From: Microbotryum violaceum
Lineage: Eukaryota
Reading direction: 5' to 3'
Length of the DNA: 64,000 bases
Assembly: GCA_001244265.2 (NCBI GenBank)
Contig: CDLV01000005.1
Span: 2,108,001-2,172,000 of the forward strand
Shown here: in pieces, positions 48,933 to 59,191 of the stretch
Layout of the letters: each line of letters begins with the position of its first letter
Numbering within the stretch: position 1 is the first letter of the stretch
Notes under the pieces: generated by a model
The model's input: the letters and a program-made list of their open reading frames with translations, nothing else
What the model was told of the DNA's origin: nothing
Database searches by the model: none
Made by a program: the position numbers and the translations under genes

Positions 48933-51900
48933 ATGAGTAATGGGTTGGCTCATTCCGAGGCGTGAGTGCTCACCTGCCTGCGACGTCCCTGTCGTGCCTG
49001 TCGCCACCTGCTCGCCTCGCTCCTCCCGCTGTCGGCACCGCGCACCACCCACTGCCGCTGGCCCGCGTCGACGGCCACTCGCACGCCCGCGCACCCATCG
49101 GCTCACGACCCACCCACGAACGCGCTCACAGCCTGTTCATTACTGCGTGACCTGACACACACACTTTCTCTCGCCCAACGCCTCCACAGCCCCGTGCGAA
49201 AGGCGCACACGATCCAATTCGGTATCCTAAGCCCTGAAGAGATCAAGGCCTACTCGGTATGCAAGGTCGAGTATCCCGAAACCTACGAGGAGGGCAGCCA
49301 GCGTCCCGTAAGCCCTTTTCTCTTTCCTTGTCGTGCTCTGCCACTTCATCGAATTGGGCTTAGCATGTTTCTTCTCGTTCTTTTCTTGTCTTTGTTTGGG
49401 TCTTCTTCCATGGCTGCGATGCCTTTGTGGCCTCGTCGATTAGAAACCGGGAGGATTGTCCGATCCGCGCATGGGCACGATCGACCGCAACTTCAAGTGC
49501 GCGACATGTGGCGAAGGCATGGCCGACTGCCCCGGCCATTTCGGTCACATCGAGTTGAGCAAGGCCGTGTTCCATGTCGGTACGTGTTGGCCTCCACTCT
49601 GCTGGTTGATGCTTTCGTCATTGGCGCGTGAACGTCGCCCCTAACTCCGGACTCCGCTTTTCCATCGACCAGGCTTCATCAACAAGTGCAAAAAGATCAC
49701 CGAATCCATTTGCGTCCTGTGCGGTAAACTCAAGTCGTCGCCGCACCTCGACCCCCGCCTGGCCGAAGTCGTGCGCTTCGTGCGCGACCCCAAGAAGCGG
49801 CTCGCGATCGTGCACTCGCTCGTCAAGACCAAGAACGTGTGCGAGATGGATGCCGCGATCGATCCGAGTGAACCGGTACCGGAAGGGAAGGAACCTGTCA
49901 GGGGACATGGAGGGTGTGGGCACCAGCAGCCGCAGATCAGGAGGGAGGGGTTGAAGTTGATTATGGTCTACTCGAAAGGGAAGGATGAGGTGCGTCTCAT
50001 CAGGAAAACGGTCGTTGGGGTTTATTCTCTTCATCATGCTGACTCTCTTGCCCCATTTTTCAGGACGGCAATCCGATGCAACCGGACCGTAAACCTCTGA
50101 CACCCACCATGGCCAACGCCTTGTTCCGAAAGATCCCTGCCGAGGACCTCAAGGTCATGGGTCTCAACCCGCTCGAGGCGCACCCTGCATGGATGATTCT
50201 CACCGTCCTGCCCGTTCCCCCACCACCGGTCCGACCTTCGATCGCCGTCGATGGAGGTGCGATGCGAGGCGAGGACGATTTGACCTACAAGCTAGCCGAA
50301 ATTATCCGCGCGAACCAGGTCCTGCGCAAGTTCGAGGAAGAGGGAGCGCCGAATCACGTCATTGCCGAGTTCGAGACCTTGCTGCAATGGCACGTTGCGA
50401 CTTACATGGACAACGACATTGCGGGGCAGCCGCAGGCGATGCAAAAATCTGGTCGACCGGTCAAGTCGATCCGAGCGCGACTGAAGGGCAAAGAAGGTCG
50501 ACTGCGAGGAAACCTCATGGGTAAACGTGTCGATTTCTCGGCACGAACGGTCATTACGGGGGATCCCAATTTGGCGCTTGACGAGGTCGGCGTCCCCTTT
50601 TCGATCGCACGCAATTTGACCTACCCCGAACGCGTGACGCCGTACAACATCTCGTACTTGCAAGAGCTCGTGCGTAACGGGCCGAACGAGTACCCCGGAG
50701 CGCGGTACATCGTGCGTGATACGGGTGATCGCATCGATTTGCGGTACAACAAGCGCGCCGACACGGCGTTGCAATTTGGGTGGATCGTCGAACGTCATCT
50801 TAAGGATGGTGATTTGGTCCTGTTCAATCGACAGCCGAGTTTGCACAAAATGTCCATGATGGCCCATCGGGTCAAGTTGATGCCGTTCTCGACGTTCCGA
50901 CTCAACCTTTCTGTCACGGTAAGTACATGCAAGTGGCTTTACTGGATGCGACTCGAGCTAGTTGCTGACCAATTGTCCCTGTTATTTCACCTTCACAGTC
51001 ACCTTACAACGCCGAGTACGCTCTCCCGGGCGAGGAGAGTGTTTGATGAGGCTGTATCAAGGCTGACAATGTATTATGTTCTGACTGCGCAGTTTCGACG
51101 GTGACGAAATGAACTTGCACGTCCCGCAGTCGGAAGAGACGCGAGCCGAGTTGATGCAGATCTGCGCCGTCCCTCGCAACATCATCTCACCGCAAGCCAA
51201 CAAGCCCGTCATGGGTATTGTGCAAGACACGCTGTGCGGTGTGCGCAAGTTCACCCTCCGTGATTGCTTCATGGATCGCGACTTTATCCAAAATATCCTG
51301 CTGTGGGTTCCGGAATGGGATGGCATCATCCCTCCGCCCGCAATCCTTAAGCCCAAGCAGCTGTGGACGGGCAAGCAGATTTTGTCGATGTGCATCCCCA
51401 AAGGAATTAATTTGTACCGCGCGCCCGATCCGGCCAGTCCGAACCCCGTCGAGGACAACGGCATGTGGATCGAAGACGGCGAGATCATCTACGGCATTGT
51501 CGACAAAAAGACTGTCGGCGCTTCCCAAGGTGGTATTATCCACATCATCTTCCGTGAAAAGGGTCACGAGGTGTGCCGCGATTTCTTCTCGGGTGTACAA
51601 AAAGTCGTCAATTATTGGTTGTTGCACAATGGATTCTCGATCGGGATTGGGGATACCGTTCCTGACAAGGGGACCATGGAGGCCATCACGGGTTTCATCG
51701 ACGCAGCCAAGAACCAGGTTGCGGAGATCATACAGATGGCGCAAGAGGATAAGCTCGAACCCGAGCCCGGTATGTCGATCCGAGAATCTTTTGAGAGCAA
51801 GGTCAACAAGGCGCTCAATTCGGCGCGTGATTCGTCCGGTCGCTCGGCCGAAAAGTCGCTCAAGGGGGACAACAACGTCAAGCAGATGGTCGTGGCCGGT

Positions 51901-54900
51901 TCGAAAGGATCGTTCATTAACATCTCGCAAATGTCGGCTTGTGTAGGGCAACAGATCGTCGAGGGCAAACGTGTGCCGTTTGGGTTCAAGCATCGTACTT
52001 TGCCCCACTTTACCAAGGACGATTACTCGCCCGAAGCGAGGGGTTTCGTCGAAAACTCGTACTTGCGAGGTTTGACACCGCAAGAGTTCTTCTTCCACGC
52101 CATGGCCGGACGAGAAGGATTGATCGATACGGCCGTCAAGACGGCCGAGACGGGGTACATCCAACGTCGTCTCGTCAAGGCGCTCGAAGATGTCATGGTT
52201 GCATATGATGGCACCGTACGCAACTCGCTCGGCGACGTCGTGCAGTTCGTATACGGTGAAGACGGCATGGACGGTGCTTTTATCGAGGAGCAGGTCATTG
52301 ACCCGATTCGGTTGTCGGACGAGCGCTTCGAGAAGCGGTACCGCCTCGATGTCATGGATCGCAAGTGGACGTTCCGCAGCGGTGCGCTGCAGGTTGGCTT
52401 GATCGATCAGGACGACTACGAGCAGGTGCAAGCCTTGCTCGATGACGAGTACGAGCAGTTGAAGGAGGACCGGAAGATGTTGCGCGAGTTCATCTTCCCC
52501 AATGGTGACGCGACCGTCTTTTTGCCCGTCAATGTGCGTCGCACGATCCAGAACGCGCAGCAGATCTTCCACATCGACTTCCGGAAACCGAGCGACCTGC
52601 ACCCCGAGGTCATTCTGCGCGACGTCACAGCTTTGCTCGAGCGGTTGGTCGTCGTGCGCGGTTCGGGTCGATTGGTCGAGGAGGCGCAGGCGAACGCGAC
52701 CTTATTGTTCAACATCTTCTTGCGGTCCAACTTTGCCGTTCGACGTGTTATCGAGGAGCACCATCTGAATCAAGAGGCGTTCCAGTGGGTGCTGGGAGAG
52801 GTCGAGTCCAAGTTTAAGGCCTCGCTCGCGGCGCCGGGTGAGATGTGCGGTACGCTTGCGGCGCAATCGATCGGAGAACCGGCGACGCAGATGACGCTCA
52901 ATACGTTCCATTACGCCGGTGTGTCGTCCAAGAACGTGACGCTCGGTGTGCCGCGTCTCAAGGAAATTATCAACGTCGCCGTAAACCTCAAGACGCCGTC
53001 GATGACGGTCTACCTCCAACCCGAGATCGCTCGCGACATTGATCTTGCCAAGGAGGTGCAGACGATGTTGTCGTACACGACGCTCAAGACGATCACGGCC
53101 TCGACCGAGATCATCTACGACCCCGAGGTCAACACGACCGTCATCACCGATGATATCGAATTCGTCGAGGCCTTCTTCGCGATCCCCGACGAGGACGTCG
53201 AAGCGAACTTGCATCGTCAGTCGCCTTGGTTGTTGAGGTTCGAGCTTGACCGCGCCAAGATGCTCGACAAGAAGCTCGAGATGTCGTTCGTAGCGGGCAA
53301 GATCGCCGAAGTGTTTGAACAGGACCTGTTCGTTATTTGGTCCGAAGACAACGCCGAGAAGCTCGTCATTCGTTGCCGAGCTTTGAACGAGGAAGGCAGA
53401 GACAAGGAGGATGGTGCTGAAGAGGCTGAGGACGCCGAGGAGGACATCTTCCTGAAACAGCTCGAGGCGTCGATGCTGTCGACAATCTCGTTGCGAGGTG
53501 TCGAGGGCATCGAGCGTGTGTTCATGCTGCAGCACAAGCGCAACGTCATCACCGAATCGGGCGAGTTCGACAACCCAACGGAGTGGGTACTCGAAACCGA
53601 CGGTATCAACTTGCGCAAGGTCTTGTGCGTCGATGGTGTCGACCCCACACGGACAGTGTCCAACTCATGCGTGGAAGTCTTGCAAGTGCTCGGTATCGAA
53701 GCCGCTCGTGCATCGGTCCTGCGCGAGTTGCGCAACGTCATCGAGTTCGACGGTTCTCGTGTCAACTACCGTCATTTGAGCATGTTGACCGATATCATGA
53801 CGAACCGAGGCTCGCTCATGGCCATCACGCGTCACGGTATCAATCGATCCGACACGGGTGCGCTCATGCGGTGCTCGTTCGAAGAGACGGTCGAGATCTT
53901 GTTCGAAGCCGCGGCGACGGGTGAGATCGATTACTGCACCGGTGTGGCAGAGAACATCTTGCTTGGCCAAGTCGCGCCGATGGGGACGGGTGCGTTCGAG
54001 CTCTCGCTTGATATGGAGATGCTCAAGGAGGTCGTCATCGATCATCGATTGCCCATGGCCGGCATGAACGCCTACGGCAACGATGGTGGCTTGACGCCGG
54101 GTGGAGGAGGAATGACGCCGTACGCTGATGCGAACGACAGTCGAACGCCGATGCATGTCCCCATGGATGGTCTGGCCAACTTCTCGCCCCTGTACGACTC
54201 GTCGGCAGGCTACGACCAAGGCGGAGGATTGACGCCGATCTACGGTGGCGCATCTCCTGCTTACGGAGGCGCTTCGCCCTTCGGTGGTGGGGCTTCGCCT
54301 GGGTACTCGCCCTCTTCGCCGTTCCCTGGCTACTCGCCTGTCTCGCCAGGCTACAACCCTCGCTCACCAGGTGGTGCGCTCGGAGGTCGGTCGCCTGCTG
54401 GGTACGCGCCCCAATCGCCTTGGGTTGATCGACTTGCGGGAGGTGGGGCAACGTCGCCGTCGTACTCGCCCACATCGCCGATGATTAACATGTCACCGGC
54501 GTCCCCGCGCTTCTCCCCCGCTTCTCCGGCCTGGAGTCCTTCGTCGCCCTCGTTCTCGCCTGCGAGTCCATCCTTCTCCCCGGCTTCGCCTTCGTTCAGC
54601 CCTTCGTCGCCGTCGTTCAGCCCTGCCTCGCCGAGGTATTCGCCGACGAGTCCTTCGTTCTCCCCTTCGAGTCCCAAGTACTCACCTGTAAGTGATAATG
54701 ATCATTCCCGACCTCTTCAAAGTTATCCGTGCTGACACTGGTATCCTGATCTTTCGCTCGCAGACCTCGCCGCAGTACTCTCCCGTGCGCTTTCTTCGCT
54801 CCCGAGGTGACCTGTTTGCGACTGCTACGGTCGCTGACGCGTTGCGCATCTTTTCTCATAGACCTCTCCTCGTTACTCCCCAACGAGCCCGACCTATTCC

Positions 54901-55285
54901 CCAGCTTCGCCAGCTTACAGTCCCGTGAGTGATTTATCCATGACGAGGTGGTCGGTCTGACGTTTCCAAGGCTGACTGAGCAAATTCTCTTACACTCAGA
55001 CGAGCCCCAAGTATTCGCCGACGTCGCCGCAGTATTCGCCGACGTCACCGCAATACAGTCAGTCATTGCCTGCGTACAATTGGCCCGTCTCATGTCCTCC
55101 GACGCGGAGCCGCTGACCTCTTGTGTGCTCTCCTCTCCGCTTCAGGCCCTACCTCCCCATCTTACAGCCCCACCTCCCTGGCTGCTGCGCGCCCCGGCAA
55201 CGCCGCCGCCGGATCGAGCTCGTCCAACGCCAACGCGAGCGCCTCGGCGTCGCGTTATTCAAGCAAGTCGAGCTGGCAACGATGA
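48933..55285 (+). CDS. RPB1: RNA polymerase II largest subunit, 11 exons (48933-48961, 49190-49307, 49444-49579, 49673-49989, 50064-50918, 50999-51015, 51093-54687, 54764-54784, 54862-54924, 55000-55057, 55146-55285)
   Basis: [40 protein letters not shown] and spliced [14 protein letters not shown]. Bridge helix [30 protein letters not shown], trigger loop TLNTFHYAG, and a heptad CTD. Confidence 0.98.
54493..55177 (+). repeat. RPB1 CTD heptad array (about 18 tandem heptads) interrupted by four introns
   Basis: [126 protein letters not shown]. Confidence 0.9.
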
Positions 55286-55715
55286 TCGTCGGGATCTCGT
55301 TCCGCCTGCTGCGATCTCCTTTCGCCCCTCCTCTCCTATCCCCCCATCGCCTCGCGCGCCTTGACGGCTGCGGAAAAAAACTGGCCGCCCCGCCACCCTC
55401 GTCTTCCTCGGAATATCTTGTGCTTGTTTTGCAATGCCCTTTGCTAATGTAATGTCATAAAAAACACCGAACGACCAGCTAACGTCGGTACAAAGAGTTT
55501 GGGCTCGGACTAGCGCCAGCATTTCCGACGAGGACCATGCTTTTAATTTTCGAGGCTTTTAGCTTCATGCGATCGACGATGCCTCTCAAGTCCACGGATT
55601 AAAGCGATTAGAACTAAGGGCGTGTTCGGCTGGAAAAGCACTTTTGGTAGGACGTTTTCACTTTGAAAGCTCCAACTTTAGCCGAGGCCCGCGCGCCTCT
55701 TGAATCGACCCCTTT

Positions 55716-57191
55716 ATGATGCCCGAAGGACAAAGATTCGAAATGCAAGCAAACCCCGGTTTTTTATCTACATTTCGCGCTCCTCCGTTTCCCTTGAACG
55801 ACCGACCACGACCAAGCTTGCCAGAGTTCGGCCCTCCAAACTCATTGGGGGGCACGCCCTCGCCTAGGATGAATGCTGATTCGAGTGCGATGGATCCTCG
55901 ACCCTTACCACCGGGATGGATGACGCAGTGGAACGAAAGATGTGGGTGTTAACCTCCCTGCGAGGCTGCAACCAGCGGATCACGCTTGAACCCGTCGAAT
56001 ACGGAGCTGACGATCTTGTTGGGATTCGCTTTCGGGAGCAACGCCTCGTTTGCTCGAATAATTAGACCGAACATGGTTCTACATCAACACCAATGTCAAT
56101 CCACCTGCTTCGGTGTGGGAACATCCCTCGGATATGGCAGAGGCCGGACCGGTGCGGGTGCCCGTGAGCAGGAGCTCGGAAATTGACCTTTCGACGAGAG
56201 GGTCCGTGAGCGGCAGCGCGCACGCCAACGAGGTCTTCGACGACGATCACGCCGGAGTGGCGGTACGTCGACGCGAGGATTACGACGTCGTTTCGGACGA
56301 CTTCTTCGGGAACCTCGACGGCGTTGCGGGCCACCACCTCCCGCTCCTTCGAGTCGAGTTCGAACACCATCCTTCAACACTGGCTACACATCCGCCGTCC
56401 ATGATGAGGCCTTTTGAACCAGGTCAGTCATTTACAAGCTCCTCCGGATCTCCGATTGGCGCTCCTTCGGGCCCGATGTCGCTCGCTTTCTCCTGCAACT
56501 CCGGGCCGTGCCTTCCGGTTCCACGCACGGGCTCGAGCGCGGAGCGCACAATGTCTCCTCCTGTCTTCATCGATCAGGGGTACGCCGAGCTTTTGGCAAT
56601 CGATGTCGCCGTTGGTTTCTCTTCTTCGGATAAAGGTGGAGTTGTTTGCTCGCCGGCTCGCGGATTAGTCCGACAAACCTCGGTTAAACACGCAAACTCC
56701 GAAACTCACCGAGACAACTTCCGGGTTTTTTTTTTCTAGGTGCGACGGCGGGTGCGCATTACTGTTACGTCCTCGATCATCCGGACCTGTATGAGCTCTC
56801 ACCGTATCAACTCGTTCGAGTACAACAAGCCGCCGCCTTATACCAGCAGCAGCAGCAGCAATCATCACTGCAGCAGCAAGAACCACGCGGCTTTCTCTCC
56901 ACATCAATATCGGGCTCGAGTCCAACGACGACGACAGCGATTCCGAGGCCCGTAGCGCCGCCGGCGCCGCACGGGCACTTGAGTTATCCGTCAATTTGGC
57001 CGCTAGCTTTTCAGCCTCAACAACATCATCCACTTGACGGGGGAGGATCGATACTTTCGATGCATCCTTTGAATAGGATGGATCCAGTGCATAGTTTTAA
57101 TCATGCACATTTACGGCATCACCATGACTCTTTGACTGGGCAATTTGTTCCGAGACCGTTCGGCGGCAATTTCAACGGCGGGGGGGATTAG
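55716..57191 (+). CDS. WW-domain protein (3 exons; the start may instead be 55869)
   Basis: Spliced WW domain PRPLPPGWMTQWNER|YRTWFYINTNVNPPASVWEHP. A phase-1 intron CCAG|GTCAGT...TTTTTCTAG at 56422-56739 joins a Q-rich last exon ending GGNFNGGGD*. Confidence 0.7.
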
Positions 57192-57655
57192 TAGCATGGA
57201 CTCATGGATGGGATTATCAAAAGGACCTCGTCTCTTAATTTTATTATTTTTATGTCTACCTTCGTTCAGTACCTGGAGTTTGTGCTGTAAGCAGTAATTT
57301 TGTCTTCACTGTTCCTTGTGCCGAGCTGCCGGAGCGTGGTTGTCCGTCGAGTCGAGCCGAGTCATAACGCATGATCAGGGGTGTGGGCGCGACACGGGGT
57401 TTCCTTCGTCTGGTCACGTCTCTCCACTCACTCAGCTCGTATCGTCGACTCGGCTACTCTCGTTGGCCTTGTAACCACAGAAGTGATTGGCCACCTTATA
57501 GACTGTGCTTACTCGATCCAAGCCTCCTCGTCGCGCATCAAGGCTTCCCCACGGCTCCTCCACGAAGACCAGAAGACCCACGTGCTCGCCGGTCGATAAC
57601 TCCGCATTCATCCACCGACTACAAAGCTCCGCAGCGAGGAATCCCTCCCGCACTC

Positions 57656-58954
57656 ATGCCCACAAGACTCTACATCATCGCCATTGGCGGTCCGACATGT
57701 TCAGGTACGCACCCACCCAACCTATAATCCCTTCCCTGCTCGCTTTCTGCATCCTAACCACTTCCGCTTCCTCTCGTTCTCATAGGCAAAACAACCCTCG
57801 CCAAACACCTCGCCCAAATCTTGCCCAATTCGACCAGTCTCTTCCAAGATGATTTTGCCCCACCCGCTGAGAAAGTGCCGATACACCCTGTGCATAGGGT
57901 GCAGGATTGGGATGATCCGGACGGAGCGTAAGTCTCCTTCAACGCGAGCTTCAAAGACGTGAGGATAGGGAAGGTGCTGATAAATACGGCCTGGTTGAAA
58001 CGTGCAGTATCGAATGGGATCGACAAAGGGAAACGTTGCAATACATCCGGGACCATAACGGTGCTTTCCCCGAGGCGCATTATTCGCACGATTCGTTCAA
58101 CGTCCAAATTCCCGTACCGATAGACGAAGCAACGCGAGCAAGATGGATCGAAAAGTTCACTGCATTACAGAAGGAAGTCGGGGATGGGAAAGGGGATAAT
58201 GCAGTCAAGTACATCATCGCGGATGGGTTCTTGATGCTCGTGGATGAGCAATCGGTCAGGCAGTTTGACGTGAGGATTTTCGTGAGGGAGGGGTATCAGA
58301 CGCTCAAGAAGCGGAGGGAGGAGAGGAATGGTTACGTGAGTCGTGGGGCAGGATGGAAGGGTCGGAACTGAGTACGTGTACGTGATTTAGGTATATGGTT
58401 GCTGATGTTGCTGTCCCTTGGCTTGAAACAGCATACTGCAGGTGAGCATCGAAAACCCTCCTTTAGCCGCCTGCTTGCTCCGAGCCGGTCCGACGATGAT
58501 GATTCGCGTGTATTTGTCGTTGATGCTTTGGGTTGCTGACGTTCAGTTGAATCCGAACCAGAGGGAGCACTATGGACAGTGAGTTTGCTTGATTCCTGCT
58601 TGATCGCGGAAGAATTCCGATTGCTGACGCCGAGCTACACTCTCTTCCGGTAGGATCCACCAGGGTATTGGGTCCGTCTGATCAAACCACATCTCATCCG
58701 GTACCTCGAGACTGATTTTACAATTCCTGAATGCACAGGATCAAATCGTATGGCCCGCCTACGAAAAAGCGCACAAGAAACTCTTCACGAATGGCGACAT
58801 CAACAAAGGGACCATAGACCCTAGTATCATCTCGGGAGTGAATCTCTTGGAAGCAAGTGAACTTTCGATGACGCAGCTGCTGGACCAGAGTTGTGAGGCG
58901 ATATATGGGATGGTCAAAGAGGGGAGAACAGCGAGGCATTGGGAGAGGCCTTAG
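57656..58954 (+). CDS. NRK1: Nicotinamide riboside kinase (P-loop kinase)
   Basis: IAIGGPTCSG|KTTLAKHL (Walker A), FQDDFAPP, VQDWDDPDGAIEW, IIADGFLM and LKKRREERNGYHTAEGALWTDPPGYWDQIVWPAY. Confidence 0.88.
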
Positions 58955-59191
58955 TCCTGGGCTCAGGGTTTGGTGATAGAGCACTCAGGGTTTGGTAATA
59001 GAGCACTTGAAAGAGGCCATAGATATTGCATTGTATACCATGTAAAGTCAGAAGTCTTGGCGAGGACCATGCTTGCCAGACTCGACCTGCTTTCGTTCCA
59101 ATGTCACGTGATTAGACTTGCCTTCCCCGATCAGATCCCGACGCGTCTCGATTGATGCTTGAGTTCACTCCGTCCTCGTCGTCAGCGCGCG

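Noticed and set aside
51187-54219. Long antisense ORFs opposite RPB1 (471, 277 and 184 aa)
   Set aside because: Shadow ORFs caused by strong codon bias on the sense strand; no independent motifs.
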